DNA of 32,000 nucleotides from Synechococcus elongatus PCC 6301 (GCF_000010065.1 NC_006576.1:1680001-1712000); one strand, 5' to 3'; shown: positions 1 to 9,460, numbered from the stretch's first letter. A program made the numbers and translations. Notes: a model not told the origin generated them from the sequence alone.

Positions 1-268
1 GCTGGGTCTCGGCCACACCTTTGATCGCTAGATTGTTGGCTTCCGTCGCGCCGCTACAAAAAATGAGCTCTTCAGGTTGTGCCGCGATCGCCGTTGCCAG
101 AGTTTCTCGAGCGACTTGTACGGCGGCGGCGGCTTCGAGTCCATAGCGATGGCTGCGGCTAGCGGGATTGCCAAACTGCTCACCCCAAAACGGCTGCATG
201 GCTGTGACCACCCGCGAATCAACCGGTGTGGTGGCGTGGTAGTCCAAATAAATCGGATCTTTTGACAT
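1..268 (-). CDS. Cysteine desulfurase (IscS/NifS family, class V aminotransferase), N-terminal part, runs off the window edge
   Basis: Reverse-strand translation from the CAT at 266-268: [89 protein letters not shown]. It has the typical YLDYHATTP...NP.S.H.....ARE......[10 protein letters not shown] pattern. Not in the ORF track because it is truncated. Confidence 0.93.
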   Translation of the reverse strand, partial: MSKDPIYLDYHATTPVDSRVVTAMQPFWGEQFGNPASRSHRYGLEAAAAVQVARETLATAIAAQPEELIFCSGATEANNLAIKGVAETQ

Positions 269-398
269 CCGTTCTGCTCGGCCTCTAGCCCTGATCTCTA
301 GTCTGCAAGCTGGCTTTGCGATCGCGAATCTAAAGCCTCTGGTGTAGTTTTGGGCATGGCCCAAGCGTGCTAGCCAGGATAAAGGCGACTGACCTGCA

Positions 399-1148
399 AT
401 GGGTCAGCAGATCCCTGTGGTGACTCCGTCGATGTCTGTCGTCACCTTACAAATTGATGATCAAGAGCTGGCTGCCAACGTAGGCCAAACGGTGCTGCAG
501 GTGGCTCGCGAGGCGAGCATTCCGATTCCGACCCTCTGCCATCTTCAAGGGGTGAGTGATGTAGGAGCCTGTCGTCTCTGCGTCGTGGAAGTGGCGGGAT
601 CGCCTAAGCTGCAACCGGCTTGTTTACTGACGGTCAGTGAAGGTTTGGTGGTGCAAACGCGATCGCCCCGCCTTGAGCGCTACCGCCGCCAGATTGTCGA
701 ACTCTTTTTTGCGGAAGGCAATCACGTTTGTGCGATCTGTGTGGCCAATGGCAATTGCGAACTGCAGGATGCCGCGATCGCCGTCGGCATGGATCACAGC
801 CGCTACCCTTACCGTTTCCCGAAACGGGACGTCGATCTATCGCACCGCTTCTTTGGGCTGGATCACAATCGCTGCATTCTCTGTACGCGCTGTGTGCGGG
901 TTTGTGACGAAATCGAAGGGGCGCATGTCTGGGATGTGGCGATGAGGGGCGAGCACTGTCGGATTGTTGCCGGCATGGATCAGCCTTGGGGCGCAGTCGA
1001 TGCCTGCACCAACTGCGGCAAATGTATCGATGCCTGCCCGACCGGAGCGCTGTTCCACAAGGGCGAAACTACGGGCGAAATTGAGCGCGATCGCGACAAG
1101 TTAGCGTTCTTGGCCGAAGCACGAGGACAGCGGCGATGGACAAGATAA
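399..1148 (+). CDS. hoxU: Bidirectional [NiFe]-hydrogenase diaphorase subunit HoxU
   Basis: 249 aa; 2Fe-2S-type N-terminus ([19 protein letters not shown]), NuoG-like [13 protein letters not shown], and 4Fe-4S motifs [11 protein letters not shown] and [16 protein letters not shown]. An alternative start at 432 ([10 protein letters not shown]) is plausible. Confidence 0.95.
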   Translation: MGQQIPVVTPSMSVVTLQIDDQELAANVGQTVLQVAREASIPIPTLCHLQGVSDVGACRLCVVEVAGSPKLQPACLLTVSEGLVVQTRSPRLERYRRQIVELFFAEGNHVCAICVANGNCELQDAAIAVGMDHSRYPYRFPKRDVDLSHRFFGLDHNRCILCTRCVRVCDEIEGAHVWDVAMRGEHCRIVAGMDQPWGAVDACTNCGKCIDACPTGALFHKGETTGEIERDRDKLAFLAEARGQRRWTR

Positions 1149-1690
1149 AGCTGGCAACCGTTTGGCTGGCGGGCTGTTCGGGTTGCCACATGTCCTTTTT
1201 AGATTTGGATGAATGGCTGATCGATTTGGCGGAGCGCGTCGAGGTCGTCTTCAGTCCTGTTGCTTGCGATCGCAAGGACTATCCCGAAGGCGTCGATCTC
1301 TGCCTGATTGAAGGAGCGGTTGCCAATCTCGATAATTTGGAGCTGCTCCACCAAGTCCGCGATCGCACCCGCATTTTGGTGTCCTTTGGCGACTGCGCGA
1401 TTCATGCCAATGTGCCAGGGATGCGCAATCTCTGGGGGGCTGAATCTGCCGCTGCTGTTCTGGAACGGGGCTATCTGGAGCTGGCCGATACGACGCCGCA
1501 ATTGCCGAATGAGCCCGGAATTGTGCCGCCGCTGCTCAATCGCGTTACACCGATTCACGAACTGGTGGCGATTGAGCATTATCTGCCGGGCTGTCCGCCG
1601 CCCGCCGATCGCATTCGCAGTCTGCTGCAAGCGCTGCTCGACCAGCAAACCCCGCCCCACTCCGGTCGGGACTTGCTGAAATTTGGTTGA
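1136..1690 (+). CDS. hoxY: [NiFe]-hydrogenase small subunit HoxY
   Basis: 184 aa; [28 protein letters not shown]...FGDCAIHANVPGMRN...YLPGCPPPADRI. Overlaps the end of hoxU by 13 nt. Confidence 0.96.
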   Translation: MDKIKLATVWLAGCSGCHMSFLDLDEWLIDLAERVEVVFSPVACDRKDYPEGVDLCLIEGAVANLDNLELLHQVRDRTRILVSFGDCAIHANVPGMRNLWGAESAAAVLERGYLELADTTPQLPNEPGIVPPLLNRVTPIHELVAIEHYLPGCPPPADRIRSLLQALLDQQTPPHSGRDLLKFG

Positions 1691-1699
1691 GGCTGGATT

Positions 1700-3130
1700 A
1701 TGACGCGCACGATTGTCATTGATCCAGTAACGCGGATTGAAGGCCACGCCAAGATCTCCGTGTTTTTGGATGATCAGGGCAATGCCGAGGCAGCGCGGTT
1801 TCACGTCGTTGAATATCGCGGCTTTGAAAAGTTCTGCGAGGGCCGCCCCTTTACCGAAATGGCGGGGATCACGGCGCGGATCTGCGGCATTTGTCCGGTC
1901 AGCCACCTACTGGCCGCCGCGAAAACCGGCGACAAAATTCTGGCGGTGCAGATCCCGCCAGCCGCGGAAAACCTGCGTCGATTGATCAATCTGGCCCAGA
2001 TCATCCAGTCCCACGCCCTCAGCTTTTTTCATCTCAGTAGCCCCGATTTTCTGCTGGGCTGGGATAGTGATCCGGCAAGGCGTAATCTCTTCGGCTTGAT
2101 TGCTGCTGATCCAGAAAGCGCTCGCGCCGGCATCCGACTCCGGCAGTTTGGACAGCAGCTGATCGAGTGGTTGGGGGGGCGCAAAATTCATGCAGCTTGG
2201 GCGGTACCGGGCGGGGTGCGGAGTCTTCTCAGTCAGGAAGGCATGGTTTGGATCCGCGATCGCCTACCCGCTGAGCTAGCGACAGTACGGGCCACGCTCG
2301 ATCGCTTCAAACGGCTGCTCGATCGCGAGTTCCGAGAAGAAACAGCCGTCTTTGGCGACTTCCCCAGCTTGTTCATGGGGCTGGTGGCCGATAACGGCGA
2401 CTGGGAGCACTACGGCGGTCATCTCCGCTTTGTTGATAGCCAAGGACGGATCATTGCCGATCGCCTCAGGGAGGATGACTATGCCAGCTTTTTGGGTGAA
2501 GCGGTCGAACCGTGGTCCTATCTCAAATTTCCCTACTACAAGCCGTGGGGCTACCCTGAGGGGATGTATCGGGTTGGGCCGCTGGCGCGTCTCAATGTCT
2601 GCGATCGCATCGGTACGGGCAGGGGCGGAAGCAGAGCGACAGGAACTGCGCGATCGCGTGGTGGCACAGTCACCAGCAGCTTCCTCTATCACTACGCTCG
2701 GCTAGTCGAAATTTTGGCGAGCCTCGAGAAGATTGCGGAGATGGTTGAAGACCCCAACCTGCAAACAGGATTCCTGCGATCGCAGGCTGGGGTCAATTGT
2801 CTGGAGGCGATTGGTGTCAGTGAGGCACCTCGTGGGACGTTATTCCACCACTACCGCGTCGATTCCCACGGCAAAATCGAGCGCGTCAACCTGATCATTG
2901 CCACGGGCCAAAACAATCTGGCGATGAATCGCACTGTTACCCAAATTGCCCAACACTACATTCGCCATGGGGAGGTGCAGGAGTCTTTTCTGAACCGAGT
3001 GGAGGCGGGTATTCGCTGCTTTGATCCCTGCCTTTCCTGCTCAACCCATACAGCCGGACAAATGCCCCTCAAAATCGAGATTTTTGACAGTCGGGGGGAA
3101 CTCTACCAATGCCTATGTCGTGATCTCTAA
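1700..3130 (+). CDS. hoxH: [NiFe]-hydrogenase large subunit HoxH (internal segment about 2618-2660 appears out of frame, see findings)
   Basis: 476 aa; L1 motif [10 protein letters not shown] and L2 motif DPCLSCSTH with a C-terminal extension ([12 protein letters not shown]...) expected to be removed by the endopeptidase. Confidence 0.96.
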   Translation: MTRTIVIDPVTRIEGHAKISVFLDDQGNAEAARFHVVEYRGFEKFCEGRPFTEMAGITARICGICPVSHLLAAAKTGDKILAVQIPPAAENLRRLINLAQIIQSHALSFFHLSSPDFLLGWDSDPARRNLFGLIAADPESARAGIRLRQFGQQLIEWLGGRKIHAAWAVPGGVRSLLSQEGMVWIRDRLPAELATVRATLDRFKRLLDREFREETAVFGDFPSLFMGLVADNGDWEHYGGHLRFVDSQGRIIADRLREDDYASFLGEAVEPWSYLKFPYYKPWGYPEGMYRVGPLARLNVCDRIGTGRGGSRATGTARSRGGTVTSSFLYHYARLVEILASLEKIAEMVEDPNLQTGFLRSQAGVNCLEAIGVSEAPRGTLFHHYRVDSHGKIERVNLIIATGQNNLAMNRTVTQIAQHYIRHGEVQESFLNRVEAGIRCFDPCLSCSTHTAGQMPLKIEIFDSRGELYQCLCRDL

Positions 3131-3138
3131 TCCCAGCA

Positions 3139-3597
3139 ATGTGCCTTGTAATCGGCTATGGCAATGCACTGCGGAGTGATGATGGCGCCGGGATCGCTGT
3201 TGCTGAAGCGATCGCTCGCTGGCCCGGAACGACGTTTCGAGCGATCGCCTGTCATCAAGTCCTGCCGGAGCTAGCCGCAGAATTAGCCACGGTACCCACG
3301 GTCATTTTTGTCGATGCCTATCCCGCCGCCGATTGCACGGATGGTGGAGTGGAAATGCGGCGATTGTCTCCGGATATCGAAGCATCCATGCTCAGTCCTC
3401 ACGACCTAACGCCTGCAGCTTTACTGGGGTTGTGTGAGCGACTCTACGGCCATTGCCCCACGGCTTACTGGGTACTGATTCCAGGTCATGACTGGCATTT
3501 TTCAGAACAGCTGTCGCCGGCTACCCAGTCGGGGGTGCAGCAAGCCCTCTGGCTGATTCGCCATTGGAACGACCAAGAGGTGCTGTGCACGAATTAA
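3139..3597 (+). CDS. hoxW: Hydrogenase maturation protease HoxW
   Basis: 152 aa; MCLVIGYGNALRSDDGAGIAVAEAI...VIFVDAYPA...SPHDLTPAALL, HycI/HoxW-type peptidase pattern, located directly after hoxH. Confidence 0.92.
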   Translation: MCLVIGYGNALRSDDGAGIAVAEAIARWPGTTFRAIACHQVLPELAAELATVPTVIFVDAYPAADCTDGGVEMRRLSPDIEASMLSPHDLTPAALLGLCERLYGHCPTAYWVLIPGHDWHFSEQLSPATQSGVQQALWLIRHWNDQEVLCTN

Positions 3598-3923
3598 GTC
3601 TGGCGACTGCCTTGGTAGAGACTGCGCTCTGGCAGGCAGTTCAAGCCGAGGCGCAGCAAATCGTCAGTCTGAAGCTGCGATTGGGAACTTGGGCAGGCGT
3701 GGATGCGGAGGCGCTGCGATTTGCCTTTTCCCTTGTGCAGCAAGACACGATCGCTGCCTCGGCGCAATTAGTGATTGAGTCAGTGCCTGCTCAATTTCGC
3801 TGTCAGACCTGTGGCCAGCAAACCCCACCGCCGCTGTTAGCTGCCTGTTCCCACTGTGGAAGCGATCGCTGGCAGTTGCAGCAGGGGCGAGAGTTGCAGT
3901 TGCAATCGATGGAGGTGGTTTAG
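3585..3923 (+). CDS. hypA: Hydrogenase nickel incorporation protein HypA
   Basis: Zn motif CQTCGQQTPPPLLAACSHCG. GTG at 3585 gives M-H-E-L-S-L-A-T-A, matching the His2 Ni ligand at the HypA N-terminus. The ORF track begins 7 codons upstream at a TTG. Overlaps hoxW by 13 nt. Confidence 0.92.
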   Translation: MHELSLATALVETALWQAVQAEAQQIVSLKLRLGTWAGVDAEALRFAFSLVQQDTIAASAQLVIESVPAQFRCQTCGQQTPPPLLAACSHCGSDRWQLQQGRELQLQSMEVV

Positions 3924-4652
3924 ATGTGTGGTGTTTGTGGCTGCCAAAGTCCCGATCCGGTCGTGATTGCTACGCCGGAGCCACGCCAGATTTCTTTGGC
4001 AGAAGCGATTTTGCATCGTAATGATCATGCGGCAGCGCATAATCGCGAGCATTTTCAGCGGGCTGGCGTGCTAGCGCTTAACCTATTGTCGTCGCCCGGT
4101 TCCGGCAAAACGGCGCTGCTAGAACGGACGTTGCGCGAGTTGCCGCCTACCCTGCGACCGGCTGCGATCGTGGGTGATCTGGCGACCGATCGCGATGCCC
4201 AGCGTCTGCAAGCAACGGGTGCGCCGGCGATTCAGATTGAAACGGGCGAACTCTGCCATCTGGAAGCGGATCTCGTTCATCGTGCCTGCCATCAGCTCGA
4301 CCTGAGCGCGATCGATATTCTCTTCATCGAAAATGTTGGCAATTTGGTTTGTCCTGCTGCGTTTGACCTTGGGGAAGAGCGGCGGGTGTTGCTGCTGTCG
4401 GTGACGGAGGGCGAGGATAAGCCGCTCAAGTATCCCAGTGCCTTTAGTCGTGCTGATCTGGTGCTGATTACTAAAGTCGATTTAGCCGAGGCAGTGGAGT
4501 TTGATCAGGCGGCGGCGATCGCCAATCTGCGGGCAGTCAATCCCACGGCGACGATTCTGCCGGTCAGCAGTCGGGGCGGACAGGGTTGGAGCGACTGGCT
4601 GGATTGGTTGCAGGTGCAGCGATCTCATCTTCTAGCGCCGGTCAAAGCTTAA
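3924..4652 (+). CDS. hypB: Hydrogenase nickel incorporation GTPase HypB
   Basis: MCGVCGCQ N-terminus (CxxCGC), P-loop LSSPGSGKTALLERTL, ENVGNLVCPA, TKVDL. Begins immediately after the hypA stop. Confidence 0.95.
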   Translation: MCGVCGCQSPDPVVIATPEPRQISLAEAILHRNDHAAAHNREHFQRAGVLALNLLSSPGSGKTALLERTLRELPPTLRPAAIVGDLATDRDAQRLQATGAPAIQIETGELCHLEADLVHRACHQLDLSAIDILFIENVGNLVCPAAFDLGEERRVLLLSVTEGEDKPLKYPSAFSRADLVLITKVDLAEAVEFDQAAAIANLRAVNPTATILPVSSRGGQGWSDWLDWLQVQRSHLLAPVKA

Positions 4653-4723
4653 ATTGCAGGGGCGATCGCGCTCCAAAACTCGATGGGTCGTCACACTGAA
4701 GCCACTGTCCGATTGCTCTCGGT

Positions 4724-7036
4724 ATGACAGGAGTCCTCACGGCAAAACAGGAGCGCTGGCGGCTGCGCGTCCAAGGCGTGGTGCAGGGCATCGGCTTCCG
4801 ACCTTTTGTCTGGCGTTTGGCTCGCGAACTGGGACTGACCGGCTGGGTGAACAATGATGCGGCTGGCGCTCAGATTGAAGTGGAAGGAGCGATCGCCCAA
4901 CTCCAGCAGTTTCAGCAGCGCTTGCTGGTTGAACTCCCTGCGGCAGGTCGCTGTGATCGCCTGCAACAAGAACGGCTGACTCTTCAAGGCGATCGCGAGT
5001 TTGTGATTGCAACTTCAATGGCTTCGGAGCAGAGCACCGCGCAACTACCGCCCGATCGCGCTCCTTGCTCTGCCTGTCTGCGAGAACTGTGGGATCTGCG
5101 CGATCGCCGCTATCGCTATCCCTTTCTGAATTGCACCGTCTGCGGCCCGCGCGCCAGCATTGTTCGGCAACTTCCCTACGATCGCAATCGCACCACGCTG
5201 GCGACGTTTCCGCTCTGCCCCGACTGTCAGCGGGAGTATCAAGATCCGAGCGATCGCCGGTTTCATGCCCAGCCGATCGCCTGCCCCACCTGTGGCCCAC
5301 AACTGCAACTTTGGGATGCTCAAGGTCAAGTTTTAGCCGATCGCGATCGCTCTTTGACTGAGGCGATCGCCGCACTTCAACAAGGCAAAATTCTGGCATT
5401 GAAAGGACTGGGCGGCTTTCAACTGCTGGTAGATGCCTGCCAGACTGACGCGGTGCAACGACTGCGCGATCGCAAAAGCCGACCTCATAAACCGCTAGCG
5501 TTACTCCTGCCGGATCTGGAGGCGGTGCGACAGCTTTGCCAAATCTCTGCCGCTGAAGCAGAACTCTTGCAGTCGCCTGCTGCACCGATCGTGTTGCTGC
5601 GGGCGATCGCTTCGGAACCTTGGCTGGCGGCGATCGCACCAGACTGCTGTGAACTCGGCCTGATGCTACCGGCGACACCGCTCCATCATTTGCTCAGTCG
5701 TGATTTTGGTCAGCCGTTGGTCGCCACCAGTGGCAACCGTAGCGGCGATCCGCTCTGCTGGGATGAAGTAGATGCGCTGGAGAGCTTGAGTGCAATCGCC
5801 GATCTTTGGCTCGTCCACGATCGTCCGATCGCCCTACCAATGGATGATTCCGTCACGCGGATTATTGATGGACAGATTCAAGTTCTGCGCCGAGCAAGGG
5901 GCTACGTTCCGACGCCGATCGCGATCGCAACGCCCGCTGAACCCCTCCTCATTCTGGGTAGTTGGCAGAAGAACACGCCCGCGATCGCGGCTGATGGACA
6001 ACTGCAACTCGCGCCCTATGTTGGTGACCTCGAAAGTCTTGCCGCCCGCGATCGCCGCCAACAAGTAATTGAGCATCTACAAACTGTGATGGGATTGCAG
6101 CCAACCGCTTGGGTTGCCGATGCTCATCCGGATGCGCCTTTGCTGGCGCCAACCGAAACGCGATCGGGCTGGCATGTTCAGCATCACTTGGCGCATGTGT
6201 TGGCCGTAGCAGCCGAACATCAACTGCAACCACCTTTTCTCGGGCTGGCTTGGGATGGCAGTGGCTGGGGACTCGATCAAACCGTTTGGGGCAGTGAAGC
6301 CTTGATTTGCCAGACGGAGGGCTGGCAACGCTGGAGGCATCTCCAGCTGTGGCCACTGTTGGGGGGCGATCGCGCTGCAAAAGAACCGCGCCGGTCTGCT
6401 CTGGCCCTGCTCTGGCAGCTCGAAGGCGATCGCTGCTGGGATTTGCCGGAGTTACAAACGGTGTTCAGCCCGACGGAGCGATCGCTGTTACAGGCGTGGT
6501 TAAGTCGCGATCGCGGCCTGAAAACCTCCAGCATGGGGCGATTATTTGAGGCGATCGCTTGGATCTGTCGTTGGCAGGGTGATCAAACCTACGAAGGGCA
6601 GGTGGCGACTTGGCTAGAAAATCAGTGCGATCCTCAGATTGTCGGCGATTATCCGCTGTCCCTGACTGAAACAGGTATTGACTGGCGATCGCTTCTGCAA
6701 GCGGTTTGGTGCGATCGCCAAGCAGATCTATCCACGGCGATCCTCGCAACTCGTTTTCATCGCAGCCTGATTCAGTTGGTTGTGGCACTTGCCCAGCAAG
6801 CAGGGCTAGAGCCAGTGATTTTGAGTGGTGGTTGCTTCCAGAATCGTTTCTTATTGGAAGGCGCGATCGCGGCTTTGCGATCGGCGGGCTTCCAGCCCTA
6901 TTGGGCACAGCAACTACCGCCCAATGATGGTGGCATTGCAGCTGGACAGGTCTTAGCCGTTCATTGGTATGGAGGATCCAAGCATGTGCTTAGCGGTTCC
7001 GGGACAACTGCTCAGTATTCACACGCAGCCGGATGA
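4724..7036 (+). CDS. hypF: Carbamoyltransferase HypF
   Basis: 770 aa; acylphosphatase domain VQGVGFRPFVWRLARELGLTGWV, zinc fingers CSACLRELWD...NCTVCGPR and CPDCQREYQD...CPTCGPQ, YrdC-like and carbamoyltransferase (HVLAVAAEH, LSGGCFQNRFLLE) regions. Confidence 0.95.
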   Translation: MTGVLTAKQERWRLRVQGVVQGIGFRPFVWRLARELGLTGWVNNDAAGAQIEVEGAIAQLQQFQQRLLVELPAAGRCDRLQQERLTLQGDREFVIATSMASEQSTAQLPPDRAPCSACLRELWDLRDRRYRYPFLNCTVCGPRASIVRQLPYDRNRTTLATFPLCPDCQREYQDPSDRRFHAQPIACPTCGPQLQLWDAQGQVLADRDRSLTEAIAALQQGKILALKGLGGFQLLVDACQTDAVQRLRDRKSRPHKPLALLLPDLEAVRQLCQISAAEAELLQSPAAPIVLLRAIASEPWLAAIAPDCCELGLMLPATPLHHLLSRDFGQPLVATSGNRSGDPLCWDEVDALESLSAIADLWLVHDRPIALPMDDSVTRIIDGQIQVLRRARGYVPTPIAIATPAEPLLILGSWQKNTPAIAADGQLQLAPYVGDLESLAARDRRQQVIEHLQTVMGLQPTAWVADAHPDAPLLAPTETRSGWHVQHHLAHVLAVAAEHQLQPPFLGLAWDGSGWGLDQTVWGSEALICQTEGWQRWRHLQLWPLLGGDRAAKEPRRSALALLWQLEGDRCWDLPELQTVFSPTERSLLQAWLSRDRGLKTSSMGRLFEAIAWICRWQGDQTYEGQVATWLENQCDPQIVGDYPLSLTETGIDWRSLLQAVWCDRQADLSTAILATRFHRSLIQLVVALAQQAGLEPVILSGGCFQNRFLLEGAIAALRSAGFQPYWAQQLPPNDGGIAAGQVLAVHWYGGSKHVLSGSGTTAQYSHAAG

Positions 7037-7229
7037 TCCGGACGGTCTGTTTCGTAGTGGACGTGTCAGCTTTGGCGGTGCCATTCGTGCAGTCAGCCTT
7101 GCCTGTGTGCCTGAGGCGCGAGTGGGCGACTACGTGATTGTCCATGCGGGCTTGGCTCTCACGGTTCTGGATGCGGAAGAAGCAGAGCGAACCTTGGTGA
7201 TAACGGCCGCGATCGCGGCTGAGAATTAG
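6984..7229 (+). CDS. hypC: Hydrogenase assembly chaperone HypC
   Basis: MCLAVPGQLLSIHTQ...GRVSFGGAIRAVSLACVPEARVGDYVIVHAGLALTVLDAEEAERTL. The start at 6984 restores the mandatory Met-Cys N-terminus; the ORF track begins at 6969. Confidence 0.94.
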   Translation: MCLAVPGQLLSIHTQPDDPDGLFRSGRVSFGGAIRAVSLACVPEARVGDYVIVHAGLALTVLDAEEAERTLVITAAIAAEN

Positions 7230-8299
7230 CCGACTCGCCGTTGTAGCCATTGCCCAAACAGCGGCAGCGCTAAGCGATACCCTGACTCAGGACCATAGAT
7301 CAGGCCCTTCTGCATCAAGCTGTTCAAGGCACCTTGCAAACCACCACCCCGAGAGAGTTGGTGTTTTTGGATGTAGTGACCGGCCTGGGGACTAGAGGTT
7401 GGGTCGATCGCCAAACTCTCCAGGAGTCGCACCTGACTCGTGGGTAGCAGCAGCAATAGCGACTCGAAGGTCAGCGCCAGATCTTCCAAGAGTGAAGCGA
7501 TCGCCACCTCCACCTGCGATCGCTCGATAGTCGGGCTGGGTTGCAGCAGCCAGAGTCGCCGCGCTAGGGTTTCTGTCTCTCCCGGATGGCCTTGGGTTGC
7601 TGCCCAAAATGCTTGAATGGCGTCTGGACTAAAGCTGCGACCCCAATCGGCAAATTGCTGATTGAGCCACTGCTCGACAGTCGCTTGACTGAGGGGATGG
7701 AGCGTAATAATTTCCAGTCCACTGGCGATCGCCCAAGGTTCAGCCGCCGTGGCAATCAAGGCATAGCAAACCTGTGTCTGCCGAGCAATTTCGCTGCGGA
7801 GCTGCGTCTCCCAATGCCCCTTCCGGTCCCAAGTCTGGAGATGGCTAAAGTTGCGGAACATCACCACCACGCGCTGCTCAAAGCGCTCAGCCAAGAGTTG
7901 CGGTAACGCCAAAATGGCATGACTAAGCTGCCGTTCGCGGCTACTAGCCCCCAGTTCAAATTTGAATGTGGTGGCGCTCTCTTGAATACCCACCCGATGC
8001 TCAGCGGCCCACTCCCGTAGCTGGTCGCGCTCTGGTGGAGCCGTAAAGGCAGTGGCGATCGCATCAAGATAGAGGGCTAGGAAGCGAGGATTATTGGTTG
8101 CTCGTAGGCAATCGACTTCGAGGCAATAACCGCCCAGTACCTGGGTCACTGCTCGTACGAGGGCAGTACGACCACTGCGGGGCACACCGGCAATCAGACA
8201 ATCACCATCCTGTTCCAGACAGTGCTGAAGCCGCTCAGCTTCCGTTGCTCGGCCAAGGGGTAGCCCCTGCTCAAACAGGGCAAATTTGGGAATAGACAT
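7226..8299 (-). CDS. AAA/archaeal-ATPase-like protein with degenerate Walker motifs
   Basis: 357 aa; P-loop-like AGVPRSGRTALVRA, hydrophobic strand RVVVMFRNF at the Walker B position, C-terminal region resembling a winged helix. Its stop overlaps the hypC stop tail-to-tail. Confidence 0.7.
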   Translation of the reverse strand: MSIPKFALFEQGLPLGRATEAERLQHCLEQDGDCLIAGVPRSGRTALVRAVTQVLGGYCLEVDCLRATNNPRFLALYLDAIATAFTAPPERDQLREWAAEHRVGIQESATTFKFELGASSRERQLSHAILALPQLLAERFEQRVVVMFRNFSHLQTWDRKGHWETQLRSEIARQTQVCYALIATAAEPWAIASGLEIITLHPLSQATVEQWLNQQFADWGRSFSPDAIQAFWAATQGHPGETETLARRLWLLQPSPTIERSQVEVAIASLLEDLALTFESLLLLLPTSQVRLLESLAIDPTSSPQAGHYIQKHQLSRGGGLQGALNSLMQKGLIYGPESGYRLALPLFGQWLQRRVG

Positions 8300-8427
8300 G
8301 CTCTCCAGCCTAAAAGATGCCTGCTGCTTGGGAACTAGAAGGCTCGTTTAAGGACCGCAGAAATGAGCAGCGATCGCTCAGCTGGGGATGCCTCAGCTAG
8401 GACACACTACGCCTGTGAAATCCTGCT

Positions 8428-8682
8428 ATGACCGCTTCTGGAGAGCGCATCAGCCGCTTTGAAGCCGAGATCGCTGCTTCCTTGCAGCGCATCGACCAGC
8501 TCCGCGAAGACTACCAACGCGACCAAGCTAGAGCGCAAGAGCAGTTTGAGTCGTATCAGAAGGCTGCACAGGCGCGCTTTGATCTTTACCAGCAGACGAC
8601 GCAATCCTTGGTCAATCTAGCCTTTGGTTTGATTGTCTCCGCCACGATCGCAGTCGTTGTTTCGGTCATCTTCAAGTCCTAG
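8428..8682 (+). CDS. Small coiled-coil protein with a C-terminal transmembrane segment
   Basis: 84 aa; charged helical region (RIDQLREDYQRDQARAQEQFESYQKAAQARFDLYQQ) followed by LVNLAFGLIVSATIAVVVSVIF. Confidence 0.6.
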   Translation: MTASGERISRFEAEIAASLQRIDQLREDYQRDQARAQEQFESYQKAAQARFDLYQQTTQSLVNLAFGLIVSATIAVVVSVIFKS

Positions 8683-8754
8683 CGATCGCCCAACACAAAA
8701 CCGATCGCGGCAGGCACCAACGATCGGTCTAACCTCGAGCAACAAGGTCAAATG

Positions 8755-9363
8755 CTAGCTGGCTGCGATCGCTTGCCAGCCCACGTAAGGAAGATTGGCG
8801 GCAGTTTGAGCGATCGCTTCTGCATTGGCGACTAGTTGACCGGTTGCATCCCACTGACCGCTACGCAGCATTTGGAGTGGCCCAGGAGCGAGTGTCAGCT
8901 CTGCGCTCCAAGCTCCGCGTCGAACTTGCAGTTCTTCTAGATCGACTGTGACAGGCTGGCTAGGGTCAGATGCGATCGCTGCTTGCAATTCAGCCACTGC
9001 TGCCGCCCCAGCTGTCACGCAGGGAATCCCCAGACTGAGGCAGTTGCCAAAGAAAATCTCCGCAAAACTTTCGCCCACAATCGCCTGAATGCCCCATTTA
9101 GCGATCGCCTGAGGAGCGTGCTCTCGGCTAGAACCACAGCCAAAGTTACGGTTGACCACCAGAACCGTCGCGCCCTGATACTGTGCTTGGTCAAAGGGAT
9201 GTTGGCCCTGCAGTTGCTGGCGATCATCGATAAAGACGTTGGCACCCAGACCGTCAAAGGTGACACTGCGCAGGAATCGGGCTGGGATGATGCGATCGGT
9301 GTCGATATCGTTGCCCACCAACGGCACAGCCCGACCGGTTACTTCCAGGATTTCGCTACCCAT
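8755..9363 (-). CDS. leuD: 3-isopropylmalate dehydratase small subunit
   Basis: 202 aa; [47 protein letters not shown]. Confidence 0.96.
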   Translation of the reverse strand: MGSEILEVTGRAVPLVGNDIDTDRIIPARFLRSVTFDGLGANVFIDDRQQLQGQHPFDQAQYQGATVLVVNRNFGCGSSREHAPQAIAKWGIQAIVGESFAEIFFGNCLSLGIPCVTAGAAAVAELQAAIASDPSQPVTVDLEELQVRRGAWSAELTLAPGPLQMLRSGQWDATGQLVANAEAIAQTAANLPYVGWQAIAAS

Positions 9364-9460
9364 GTGACTCGCGCATGCAAACAGTGCTCCCTAGATCATG
9401 CCTGATTGCTGAGCGATGCTGACGAAAGAGGGAGGAGCGATCGCCTCAATCTGGTCACGA

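Noticed and set aside
1199-1906. 235-aa minus-strand ORF across hoxY/hoxH
   Set aside because: Antisense to two convincing hydrogenase genes.
4737-5678. 313-aa plus-strand ORF in an alternative frame of hypF
   Set aside because: Fully inside hypF with Arg/Ser/Pro-rich low-complexity composition.
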